DNA from: Thermodesulfobacteriota bacterium
Lineage (GTDB): Bacteria; Desulfobacterota; WTBG01; CAIYCZ01; CAIRTM01
Assembly (NCBI GenBank): GCA_028278025.1
Contig: JANQFE010000094.1
Span: 5,484-69,483 of the forward strand
Reading direction: 5' to 3'
Length of the DNA: 64,000 nucleotides
Below the pieces are notes generated by a model. That model did not search any database and was not told the origin of the DNA. It was given only the letters and a program-made list of their open reading frames with translations. The position numbers and the translations under genes were made by a program. How positions within the stretch are numbered: position 1 is the stretch's first letter; each line of letters starts with the position of its first letter. Positions 28,656-38,086 of this stretch are shown here, one piece after another.

Positions 28656-30107
28656 TTATTCCATCCACTCCTGAGGTGTCTTGGCCACTCCGTCCTGCAC
28701 TGTGTACTGGATGGACCAGAGTGCGCTCAAATCCTCCAAAGGGTCATCTTGCAGGATTACCAGATCGGCCCGTTTGCCGACCTCCACCGTGCCGATTTCA
28801 TCATCAATTCCCAGCATTTCAGCCGCTACCCTTGTCGCTGCCTCGAGGGCTTCCATATTCGTCAGCCCGGCCTGACCCAGCAGCTCAATTTCACGCAGGG
28901 TTGAAGGACCATGAAATGCATATAGCGCCCAAGCTGCATAGGCGGCATCACTACCCGCGACGATATTGATGCCGCCAGCATGCAAGCGGCCGATTGCATC
29001 CAGACTTATTTCCAGCCAGTCAGTATACTGCTGCTCAAAAAAATAATGCATAACAACGAACACCGGCACAAGGAATTCCGGCAGCCCCGGTATTACAGAG
29101 CGCACAAATGCTTTTTTAGCTTCCCTCCTCATGTGAGGATCACGAGCTGCATTAAGCTCATCTTCAGGCACAACCACATCCAGGAAAGAATTATCCAGCC
29201 TTTCCGGATGGTAGAAGGTTAGTTCTGCATCCGCCGGAATTAAGGTAGTAACCTGATAGGTGTCGGTTTGCGCCATGTGCTGAATAAAATCATCTGAAAG
29301 CTTTGCATCCCTGCTGAGAAGGGGATGCATCAGAACGCGGGGTTCCATCTCAAGGGCTAAAAGCATATCAGGCTCGGATGTGGCATGGATATACAGGGGC
29401 ACATTACGTTCTGCGGACGCCTGGGCAATTGTCTGCCTGATCTCAGGAGAGTGAACGGGCAGTTCCTCCTGTGAATTCCATCCCCGCTCGATCATTACTT
29501 TTGCACCGACAGTGCCGAGAGCCTCAAGCTCATCAAAGTGTTTTTCTACATCTGCTGATGATGTGATCGGTTTTATCCAGCCTGAATCCGCATAGCCACC
29601 GGGTGCGGCCATGAAGGGTCCCAGCGGAAGAAATCGCGGTCCGGGATCCCCGGCCGCCAGGTAATTGTAAACCTCTGTTGCAACCTCACCGGGCCCGCCC
29701 GCATCAAGTGTCGTCGTGACTCCGCAAGCCAGGTATGCCCGCAGATAGTGCCTGACGTTTCTACCGATTGTTTGTCGCCATTGTTCTATATCAAAATTGC
29801 CGTTTTCATCTACCAGCTCCAGATCATACTGAAAGCTACCCGGCCCCCAGAAAAAATGGACGTGGGCATCAATAAGTCCCGGCAATACCGTCGCACCATC
29901 TACATCAAGTACCCGAATACTTTCAGCAGAAGCATTATCACCGATTGCGGTGATCCAGCCGTCGCGTACAAGTATCGAAACACCTTCCTGTGGTTCTGCC
30001 CCGCTACCGTCAATAAGCCGGGCATTTGTGATCAGTATATCTTCAGCAGAAACATTCGCACAGACAAAAATCGCTAATAAAGTAGAAACTATACTTAACT
30101 TTTTCAT
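28656..30107 (-). CDS. secreted amidohydrolase-family metallohydrolase
   Basis: Signal peptide. GLIDAHVHF metal-binding motif and a C-terminal GKRADLV motif typical of the amidohydrolase superfamily. Confidence 0.8.
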   Translation of the reverse strand: MKKLSIVSTLLAIFVCANVSAEDILITNARLIDGSGAEPQEGVSILVRDGWITAIGDNASAESIRVLDVDGATVLPGLIDAHVHFFWGPGSFQYDLELVDENGNFDIEQWRQTIGRNVRHYLRAYLACGVTTTLDAGGPGEVATEVYNYLAAGDPGPRFLPLGPFMAAPGGYADSGWIKPITSSADVEKHFDELEALGTVGAKVMIERGWNSQEELPVHSPEIRQTIAQASAERNVPLYIHATSEPDMLLALEMEPRVLMHPLLSRDAKLSDDFIQHMAQTDTYQVTTLIPADAELTFYHPERLDNSFLDVVVPEDELNAARDPHMRREAKKAFVRSVIPGLPEFLVPVFVVMHYFFEQQYTDWLEISLDAIGRLHAGGINIVAGSDAAYAAWALYAFHGPSTLREIELLGQAGLTNMEALEAATRVAAEMLGIDDEIGTVEVGKRADLVILQDDPLEDLSALWSIQYTVQDGVAKTPQEWME

Positions 30108-30225
30108 CGTTCCTCTCCTTTACGTTTGTAGCCATTGAGCTCTTAAGCTGGTAAGCTGATGAGCCGCTAAAAGACACAATATTTTTCTTACGAATTTATG
30201 GGCTAACAGCTCAACAGCTACTTTT

Positions 30226-31401
30226 TTACATCCCCCTCAGCGTTCCGGCAATAGACTGCCGGGCAGCATGCACAGCCGGAAACAGCCCTCCGAAAAACCC
30301 CATAACCAGTGCAAAAACCAGGCCCTGGACCATCAGGTCCGGTGTGATCATAAAAGCAAAGGCGACCTGGGAAAACGTAGACATGCTGAACGTGGAGGCC
30401 GCAAACCCGTTCAGCGGCAGAATGATAAAGCTGCCGAGGATGCCGCCCAGCAGAGCGATACTCATTGACTCCAGTAGAAACGACATGATCACATTCCGGC
30501 CGCTGAAACCGAGTGCACGCAGGGTCGCTATTTCAGAAGCCCGCGCGGATACCGATGCATACATCGTGTTTAGCGCGGCAAACACCGCGCCGATTCCCAT
30601 AACAAAGGCCACCAGGAATCCCAGCGCTTTAATGAGTGTCGTAAGCCCTTTGGATTGATTTTCGTAATAGGTGCTCTCACGTTCCACTTTCACATACAGG
30701 CGGGGATCAGAGGTCAATGTGTCTTTAAACCGACTGAACGCCTCCGGGGAACCAAGCTTTACGGTTACCGACTGAAAAACGTCAAGCCGGCGTTTGAATG
30801 CCTGATTCAGCAGGTTTGCATCACACCAAATTGCCGACTCAGCTGATGTACCGCCGGCATCAAAAATACCGACTACGGTCCAGGTCTGACCGCTGAAGCT
30901 GATTGTTCCTCCAAGGTGCAGATCTTTATAAGCCGTGGAAATACTTTTCCCGACCACAAGTTCTGCCAGCCCCGGCTTGAAAAAGCGCCCCTGTATCACT
31001 TTAATAGTGTCATGTACAGCCAGGGCCTGCTGCGAAACACCGCGCATAAGGACATTATTTTTTTGTCCCGTGTCACGTCTGGTCAAGGGCAACCCCATGA
31101 CCACTTCAATGCTCATAAGGGGGTTGCCGTCTACATCATGTGCCACACCGGCTGCATCTCCCACAATCCGGGCGTGCTCCAGGGGCAAAAAACTCATGAT
31201 CTCGCTGGTAGCGCCGCCCCTGAGCACCAGGGCATTGTCCTCAGCACCTGAGCTCTTCATGGTCTCACGAAACCCCCGGGCCATGGACAAAGTAGCCAGA
31301 AAAACCGCCACAACACCGGCAATCCCCAGCACCGCTACCAGGGTTGAGGACCATCTGACCGTCATACTGCGCAGGTTGTAGATAAACGGTATGCGGATCA
31401 T
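30226..31401 (-). CDS. ABC transporter permease, FtsX/MacB type
   Basis: ATG 31401 (MIRIPFIYNLRSM) lies 1 nt after the upstream permease's stop. Large periplasmic loop plus a C-terminal FtsX 3-TM bundle. Confidence 0.8.
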   Translation of the reverse strand: MIRIPFIYNLRSMTVRWSSTLVAVLGIAGVVAVFLATLSMARGFRETMKSSGAEDNALVLRGGATSEIMSFLPLEHARIVGDAAGVAHDVDGNPLMSIEVVMGLPLTRRDTGQKNNVLMRGVSQQALAVHDTIKVIQGRFFKPGLAELVVGKSISTAYKDLHLGGTISFSGQTWTVVGIFDAGGTSAESAIWCDANLLNQAFKRRLDVFQSVTVKLGSPEAFSRFKDTLTSDPRLYVKVERESTYYENQSKGLTTLIKALGFLVAFVMGIGAVFAALNTMYASVSARASEIATLRALGFSGRNVIMSFLLESMSIALLGGILGSFIILPLNGFAASTFSMSTFSQVAFAFMITPDLMVQGLVFALVMGFFGGLFPAVHAARQSIAGTLRGM

Positions 31402-31402
31402 G

Positions 31403-32536
31403 TTATACCCTCCTGATCGCGTCGACAATGCTGAGCCGCATGGCGTTGAAGGCGGGCATGATGCCTGCGGCAGCACCAACCGCCGCGGCAATTGCCAGGC
31501 CGATACCAATATTTACCGGCGATAAATAAAACAGCCGAAACATTCCGCCGGAAGGATCACCTCCCAGGGTATACAGTTTAGCCAGCCCCAGCCCCAGTCC
31601 CCCGCCCGCAAGGGCCAGTACGATTGATTCGACCAGGACAAGCACCATTATCAGTGTATCGTTAAACCCGACCGTCTTCAGCACCCCGATCTCTCCGGTC
31701 CTCTCCCGCACAGCCATTGCCATGGTGCTGCCGGTAACCAGTAGAAGGGTAATGAACACAACTGCTCCGATGACGGTAAGAATCAGCGAGATATTCCCTA
31801 CCATGGTAACATACCTGGTCTGGGATATATATTCTGTTTCCGAAAGAGTCTCATCCGCAGAATTCGCAAACCGTGCATCAATTGCCCGGGCAACCTGTGC
31901 GGCCGTTTCCGGGTTTTCAACCTTCACAATAAACCAGACCACCCGGTCAAACCCTTCTCTGCGTTCATTAAAATATTTATAGTGAAAAAACATGGCCGCT
32001 GTATCATCTTCCTGCTTTGAATTTTCATAAATTGCCCGAACGGTAAATTCCCAGGGGTCTCGTAAAAAAATCCCCTGCAGGGGCATTCTGTCTCCCGGTT
32101 TAAAGCCGAACCGGTCTGCCAGTTTACGGCCCACAATACAGCCCCGCCGGTCCTGAAGGTAGGCCTGCCACTGATCTTCGGGAATGACATATTCCGGGTA
32201 AATTTCCCTGAAATTGTCCTCTAAAGCAAACTTTACAAAAAAATTCTTGGGATCTTTATACACACCGCTGAACCAGAAACAGGGCGTCGCACTCGCTACC
32301 CCGGGCACCTGCTTTATCTTTTCTTTATAGCTATAGGGGAGCAGCATCCCGACAGATGTTTTGTTTTTCACAATGAGTCGATCAGCCCCCGACATCTCCA
32401 CTCCGGCAAAAAAGGCATCGTTTATAGTGACCAGCACACCGAACAGAAACAGGGCAACCGCAAAGGATCCTATCGTGAGCAGCATCCTGATTTTTTTGCG
32501 GGTAATATTTTTAAGGATTATTTGGAGATACTTCAT
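31403..32536 (-). CDS. ABC transporter permease, FtsX/MacB type
   Basis: MKYLQIILKNITRKK start. Same topology as its neighbour. Its start codon shares one base with the ATPase gene's stop codon. Confidence 0.8.
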   Translation of the reverse strand: MKYLQIILKNITRKKIRMLLTIGSFAVALFLFGVLVTINDAFFAGVEMSGADRLIVKNKTSVGMLLPYSYKEKIKQVPGVASATPCFWFSGVYKDPKNFFVKFALEDNFREIYPEYVIPEDQWQAYLQDRRGCIVGRKLADRFGFKPGDRMPLQGIFLRDPWEFTVRAIYENSKQEDDTAAMFFHYKYFNERREGFDRVVWFIVKVENPETAAQVARAIDARFANSADETLSETEYISQTRYVTMVGNISLILTVIGAVVFITLLLVTGSTMAMAVRERTGEIGVLKTVGFNDTLIMVLVLVESIVLALAGGGLGLGLAKLYTLGGDPSGGMFRLFYLSPVNIGIGLAIAAAVGAAAGIMPAFNAMRLSIVDAIRRV

Positions 32537-33255
32537 CAGGAAACCCCTCCCGCTGCTTCCTGCAAAATACCTTTATCAAGGTGTAAAACCGCCCGGGCCC
32601 GCTGGGCCGCTTCCGGATCATGGGTTACCATCAGCACGGTTTTATTATGCTCGGAAGAGAGCCGTTCGACTATTTCAAGGATTTCATTGCCGCTATCACG
32701 GTCAAGATCCCCGGTGGGTTCATCACACAACAGAAACGTGGGGTCGGTTACAATAGCGCGGGCAATGGCAACTCGCTGCTCCTGGCCGCCCGAGAGCTGC
32801 CGGGGATAATGCATCATACGGTCACCAAGACCCACCAGCGCCATGGCGGTTTCGACCTGCGCTCTGCGCTGCTTTTTAGACAAGCCGGTAAGCAGCAGCG
32901 GCAGCTCCACATTCTGAAAAGCGGTCAGCACCGGAATTAAATTAAACATCTGAAAGACAAAGCCCACCTGCCGGGCCCGCCAGGCAGCCAGATCTTTGCC
33001 CGACATCGCGGTAATTTCTTTTCCGTCCACTATGATGTTGCCCGAAGTCGGTTTGTCCAGTCCACCGATAAGGTTCAAGAGGGTTGTCTTGCCTGAACCG
33101 CTGGGACCCATAAAGGCCACAAACTCACCCTTGCCAATGTCCAGGTTAAGACCGGTGAGCACGGTGATCGTTTCAGTGCCCCGCTGATACTGTTTATCAA
33201 GACTGCTAATCGTGATCAGCGAATCATCATTGCCGCTACCATCTATCTTTACCAT
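32536..33255 (-). CDS. ABC transporter ATP-binding protein (MacB/LolD-like)
   Basis: Walker A GPSGSGKTT, signature LSGGQEQR, Walker B LLCDEPTGDLD. Confidence 0.9.
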   Translation of the reverse strand: MVKIDGSGNDDSLITISSLDKQYQRGTETITVLTGLNLDIGKGEFVAFMGPSGSGKTTLLNLIGGLDKPTSGNIIVDGKEITAMSGKDLAAWRARQVGFVFQMFNLIPVLTAFQNVELPLLLTGLSKKQRRAQVETAMALVGLGDRMMHYPRQLSGGQEQRVAIARAIVTDPTFLLCDEPTGDLDRDSGNEILEIVERLSSEHNKTVLMVTHDPEAAQRARAVLHLDKGILQEAAGGVS

Positions 33256-33339
33256 TGATCCCTCCCCTTAATTGCAGGTTTTTATCTGCTAAAAAATATA
33301 AAAACTTTTAATTTTAAATTTTAGACCCTTTAGGCCCTT

Positions 33340-34563
33340 CTATTTCACAACCACTTCCTGTCCATCTTTAAGTTCTTCAGGCCCGGGAACCACCACCTGT
33401 TCACCGGGGGTGAGTCCGGCTAAAATTTCAACCGTATCTCCGGCTACCCTCCCCGTTTTAACAGCCCGGCGCTCTAAAACGTCTGTTGTGCATACAAAAA
33501 CAATCGACTGATCGGAAAGGTGGCGAACCGTAGATTTCGGCACCACTACCGATGGTACGCTGTTGTGTGCTGACGTGTTTTCAGTCTTAAAGGCTACTTT
33601 TACTCCCATGTCAGGTAAAATTTTAGGGTCAAGCTTATCAAAAGCGATCCGCACTTTAACCGTCGCCTTTTGCCGATCTGCCGTTGGAATCAACGTGAGA
33701 ACAGATGCCGGGATTTTCCATTGGGGGTAGGCATCAAGTGTTGCAATGACCTTCTGCCCCACCTTGACACTGGCAATAGATGACTCGTTCACATCTACTT
33801 CAATCTCAAGTGACTGCATGTCTACAATCGTGGCTATGCCGGTGCGGGTGTAACCGCCGCCGGCAGATATCGGTGACACCATTTCCCCAACCTGGGCATC
33901 TTTTGACACAACGATACCCGCAAAAGGTGCCCGAATGGTACAGTTTTCCAGATCCTGTTCTGCCATCCTTACCCGTGCGTTGGCTGCAAGGACTTCTTCG
34001 TGCACACGGGACAGTTGAGCACGGTACCTGTCGACCAGCATGCGGGCCTTATCTAAATCTTCCTGGCTGGCAATAGCTTTTGCAAACAGACCATCAACTC
34101 GATTTAGATCTCTTTCAGCATCCTTAAGATTTACCTCAAGCTCAGGGATGCGGGCCTGGGAGACTTCCAAGTCAGCGCTGGATGCATTAACTCTTGCTCT
34201 GGCATCGGCATCATCCAGCCGTGCCAGAACCTGTCCTGCGCTCACTGCCATCCCCTCTTCCACAAACAGTTCCATCACCTGGCCGGTGACCTTGGCAGCA
34301 ACCGTAGCGCGTTGTCGCGGCGTTACATAGCCGCTGGCATTAAGAACAGTTAAACCCTGACCAGACTGGTATGCTTGAGCAGTTATAGTTTCAACTTCTA
34401 CTGGACTATCATATAAAACCAGGCTACCAATTAAAAAAGCCAAAACCAGAATAATAATTCCAATGATCCACAGAGTCTGTTTGCTGGTATTACTGCGCTG
34501 TTTCAGGTTCGGGTCTATTTTTAAAGAGCCTAAATCGGGCTTTGCGTTACTGCTTGCAGCCAT
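33340..34563 (-). CDS. HlyD/MacA-family periplasmic adaptor
   Basis: TM anchor, coiled-coil hairpin and beta-barrel motifs (IRAPFAGIV). ATG 34563 is preferred over the longer ORF reaching 34626. Confidence 0.8.
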   Translation of the reverse strand: MAASSNAKPDLGSLKIDPNLKQRSNTSKQTLWIIGIIILVLAFLIGSLVLYDSPVEVETITAQAYQSGQGLTVLNASGYVTPRQRATVAAKVTGQVMELFVEEGMAVSAGQVLARLDDADARARVNASSADLEVSQARIPELEVNLKDAERDLNRVDGLFAKAIASQEDLDKARMLVDRYRAQLSRVHEEVLAANARVRMAEQDLENCTIRAPFAGIVVSKDAQVGEMVSPISAGGGYTRTGIATIVDMQSLEIEVDVNESSIASVKVGQKVIATLDAYPQWKIPASVLTLIPTADRQKATVKVRIAFDKLDPKILPDMGVKVAFKTENTSAHNSVPSVVVPKSTVRHLSDQSIVFVCTTDVLERRAVKTGRVAGDTVEILAGLTPGEQVVVPGPEELKDGQEVVVK

Positions 34564-35007
34564 AGTACAAATCATCCATATTTTTTGATAGCCTACCCTG
34601 CAGTAAACTGCGGAAAATGTATTCAACGAGATTAAAGTTGTTAGTTATAGTTCATTTCAGTGTAGGATGGATAAAACCACTGCAACAGGAAGTTTCTTAA
34701 GTAAAGCATTCCCCCCTATTTATTATCAAAACGGCCCCGAAATTTGTTCTGTATTCTTACCTTATTTCCTTTTACCCAATTTGTCAACACACCGTCAACA
34801 AATATATATTAAAGTAAAGGGATAGAGTGATTATCCTCGCCTAAAGAGGCGAGGCATTAGGAAGCCCCCCATAGTTTATGCCATATGGCACAATTATAGG
34901 GGGGCTTGAAAAACACTACAGATATTCATGCAGCAGTGATTTTATAATGTTTCTCCATTTGCTCAATCACGCTCTTTCTCAATCCCATTGCAACGCAGCC
35001 GAGTGCA

Positions 35008-35105
35008 GCGATTTCAGGCGGATAAAAGGCTTCGGCCGTGATCTCAGCTGAACGGGTCAACATGTCTGAGCCCAGCGAGTTTGTTGACCAGCCGTCTGAA
35101 ATCGC
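35008..35105 (+). ncRNA. candidate structured RNA or DNA element (three-way junction)
   Basis: A 14-bp closing stem 35008-35021/35092-35105 (one G-T pair, read as + strand) encloses GGC-TTCG-GCC (35028-35037) and a perfect 8-bp hairpin 35055-35062/35082-35089. No family recognised. Confidence 0.3.
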
Positions 35106-35431
35106 GCCACGAGGGTATCCGCCTCTGACGGACAAGTTGCAGGGTGCCTTTTCTTTGGTTACTTTTCTTTGGAGCACGCAAAGAAAAGTAAGTTTATATA
35201 TGATAAAGGCTTATCCCGCAGCTCACGGCCCGTTTATTCTCCCCGAATCGCTAAAAGCTATTCGGGTCGCACGACTAAAAGCCGTGGGTTTAGAAATTTA
35301 ACCAATTTGACTGTTTTATGCTGGTAGCAACATGGCAGGATTTCCATTTTTTGAGAATAAAAACAGCGCAAAGGGCTGTAATGATTTGATGTAACTCAAC
35401 TCTTACAATCTCACGAAACGAGACAAGTTTC

Positions 35432-36136
35432 TCACAAGTTGAGAAAATGTGATAGATTAATGTGTTGAGTGGCCAGGTTTGCTAAATAATCTGAATCATT
35501 TCTTTTATCAGGCGCAATAAAAGGCATCTGCCCCAGCAGCCGGACTTCTGAGAACCTCTTTATCACCTGCGGATTTGTCTCTTCGGCTTTACTTGTATCG
35601 GGCAGCAGCTGGTTGAGAATAATTCCTGCCACCTTGATTCCGCTGCTCTGAGCCTGCTTCACGCTGAGAAGCGTATGATTTATAGTACCCAGGGAAAGCC
35701 GTGCGACAATGATAAGCGGCAGGTTGAGCAGTTTGATTACATCAAGGGTCAACATATTTTCTGTGATGGGTACCATCAACCCTCCGGCACCTTCAACCAG
35801 TACCACGTCGTATCGCTCCAGCATCTCACGACAAATCGACGCTATCCTTGCAACGCTAATTTCTACATTTTCAAGCGTTGCAGCAACCCAGGGAGCCAGC
35901 GGATGCTGCATTTTGTAAGGACATACAGTATCAATATCTTCCCGGCACCCGGACATATCTTGTAAAAACACTGCATCTGCAGGAACCAGGCCGTCACCCT
36001 GAATCCTGCAGCCGGTTTCACAAGGTTTCAGCACACCGACTTTTTTACCTGATTGAACCAGTGCTCGGGCAATAGAACCTGTAACCAGCGTTTTACCCAC
36101 CCCGGTATCAGTACCTGAAATAAAATAACCTGACAT
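35432..36136 (-). CDS. bioD: dethiobiotin synthase
   Basis: N-terminus FISGTDTGVGKT, and EGAGG. 234 aa. Confidence 0.85.
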   Translation of the reverse strand: MSGYFISGTDTGVGKTLVTGSIARALVQSGKKVGVLKPCETGCRIQGDGLVPADAVFLQDMSGCREDIDTVCPYKMQHPLAPWVAATLENVEISVARIASICREMLERYDVVLVEGAGGLMVPITENMLTLDVIKLLNLPLIIVARLSLGTINHTLLSVKQAQSSGIKVAGIILNQLLPDTSKAEETNPQVIKRFSEVRLLGQMPFIAPDKRNDSDYLANLATQHINLSHFLNL

Positions 36137-36193
36137 ATGATTCTTATACAGCCATTTTAATAATGTGTACCCACAACAACTTAATGCTACAAA

Positions 36194-36688
36194 CTAATAC
36201 CGTGTGTTTTTCTCTTTTTCGGGGAGATAGAGGTATTCAAAGAAGCCTTCATCCGGCAGCCTGATCGTGATAGCACTACGTGAAACCCCGGCAGCAAGCT
36301 GCTGGGAAGCATCATCATATACGCTAAAAAAGGGTGAGTGTTCGGTGATTTCACGTGCTCGTGACAAATTTTTTAAAAACTCGCCCCTTGTTCTAAAGGG
36401 AAGCCCGTACCACTTCTCCCCCACAAAAACATTAAAAATATCTTTTTTTTCCTTATTTGATATCTTTTTTACAATCCCTTTGCCCATATATAAGGAAATC
36501 TCACTGCTAATCCACTTTACCGCCCATCTGCGCTCTGCGCGGCTGAATTTTGTTCGGGGTATTTTGTCTGTCTGGTTGTCTTGAGCACAGACAGGCCATG
36601 CAGAAAAAAATATAAAAAGGATTATTATGGCTGGGAGATAAAATTTTCCGGTACTGGCTGAAGGATAAGCTGTAATATCAGAAGACAT
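36194..36688 (-). CDS. hypothetical exported protein
   Basis: 164-aa ORF with an N-terminal hydrophobic segment ending WPVCAQ. Confidence 0.5.
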   Translation of the reverse strand: MSSDITAYPSASTGKFYLPAIIILFIFFSAWPVCAQDNQTDKIPRTKFSRAERRWAVKWISSEISLYMGKGIVKKISNKEKKDIFNVFVGEKWYGLPFRTRGEFLKNLSRAREITEHSPFFSVYDDASQQLAAGVSRSAITIRLPDEGFFEYLYLPEKEKNTRY

Positions 36689-36710
36689 GGATTGTGTATG
36701 TAAGCTAAAG

Positions 36711-37187
36711 TTAATGCTCCAGTTTATTGCTAAGCTGCTGGTAGAGTCCTTGGTACCCCTCAGAAGTCATTCTTTTTGATTTCCACCCTGATCCCTGGGT
36801 GCTTTCCTGAATTTTTTCCCGTTCAAACCGGTTAGTTTTTTTTTTCACTGCATCTTTTACCTGAACCTCCTTGTTTATCACAACCCAGACACCTTCTTTT
36901 TTCTCTTTAATCTGGGATCGGATTCTCCATCTCAGGGTCCCTTCCGTGTCAATTCTGTGGACCCATTGTGTTTCAATATAACCCTTATTTTCGATCACTT
37001 TCTTGAGGGTACAATGCAAATCATGTACAATCAGGGATTCCAGAGCATCCCACACCTCGGCGTAGGGTTTATCATATATTCGGGCCGTTGCGCGCACCTC
37101 TTTATTGCCCACAGAGAGGCAACCCTGGACCGGTAAGACTGCAAGGATGAATAAAAGTATATATTCTAAAAAAAATCTTTTTTGCAT
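36711..37187 (-). CDS. hypothetical lipoprotein
   Basis: Signal peptide with a lipobox-like LPVQGC. Confidence 0.55.
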   Translation of the reverse strand: MQKRFFLEYILLFILAVLPVQGCLSVGNKEVRATARIYDKPYAEVWDALESLIVHDLHCTLKKVIENKGYIETQWVHRIDTEGTLRWRIRSQIKEKKEGVWVVINKEVQVKDAVKKKTNRFEREKIQESTQGSGWKSKRMTSEGYQGLYQQLSNKLEH

Positions 37188-37471
37188 AATCTGTGTTCAG
37201 GTAAAAAAACATGTACAGAATTACTGCATCCCTGATAACATTCTTATATTTTCTGCCATAAAACGTTTTAATGTCAAGCAAAAGCTGGTAAAAGGCCGAC
37301 GCATACAAATATTTTACTTGAAATAGACAGTTTATGTTGTAGAATTACCCAGTAAGTTTTGTCCAGACCCCAGAATCCTGTATTTGTTAAAAAGGGTTAA
37401 AACAATTATTTACTAAAGGCCATATACCTGAATCACCACATTAAACAATACTATATAAAGGGGGAAAACGA

Positions 37472-38029
37472 ATGAAAAAAATTGCCACTACCACACTATT
37501 TTATTTTCTGTTTGCTATAATCTTTTCAACATACACGTGGGCATTAGACATTGCCCTCCAAGACGATGCACCACCAGCGTCTGTTGAAAACCGTATACCT
37601 GCTTCCTTAGCAGATTTTTTACTTGATGAAGGTGTAGATATTTCTACGCTCAGGCCGGCATTACCTCAAAGTGATTCTACCACCCTGCAGGTGTTTGCAT
37701 CGGGTGCTTTCAATGAATCATGTCTAGTGCTGGCAGGACCGGACGGCAGGGGCATGGTGCTGCTGGTCGATAGTGCCGAATCAGTCTATAATCAAAACCT
37801 ACTCATCACTTTTGACATAACAAAAGATGAATTTACTATTCAGCAGCGCACCCCGGAATGCATCCGCCACATTTCAGACATAATCCAATCACTTATTTCC
37901 GTAATTTACAGTTGCGGCATTGTGGGGGACGCCCTCGGCTGTGCTTTGAGTGTCATAGATCTGATTACAAATCTGTATCTTTTTCCGATTATTTGTGAAG
38001 AAGAACCTGAAGAGCGCAGCATACTGTAG
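37472..38029 (+). CDS. secreted 4-Cys C-terminal-domain protein, family member 1
   Basis: GGGGGAAAA RBS and a signal peptide. Shares ENxIPAxLAxxLL, ITFD...TIQQ..PEC and the C...C...CALS...C tail with 38087-38647. Confidence 0.6.
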   Translation: MKKIATTTLFYFLFAIIFSTYTWALDIALQDDAPPASVENRIPASLADFLLDEGVDISTLRPALPQSDSTTLQVFASGAFNESCLVLAGPDGRGMVLLVDSAESVYNQNLLITFDITKDEFTIQQRTPECIRHISDIIQSLISVIYSCGIVGDALGCALSVIDLITNLYLFPIICEEEPEERSIL

Positions 38030-38086
38030 ATTACTTGCAGCAAAACAGCGAAATGCTCGGGCTTATGTCAAGGTAGAGGAGAAATA

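Noticed and set aside
34886-34900. TGGCAC-aatta-TAGG, which resembles a sigma54 -24/-12 element.
   Set aside because: The -12 part is TAGG rather than TTGC. The TGGCA is simply one half of the TGCCATATGGCA palindrome.
34926-35177. An 83-aa - strand ORF (MLQRKVTKEKAPCNLSVRGGYPRGAISDGW...) and the overlapping + strand ORF 35038-35301.
   Set aside because: Neither has an RBS. Their composition is odd, and both run straight through 8-14-bp perfect stems, so the region looks like structured non-coding sequence. They are not called as CDS, but a protein search could overturn this.
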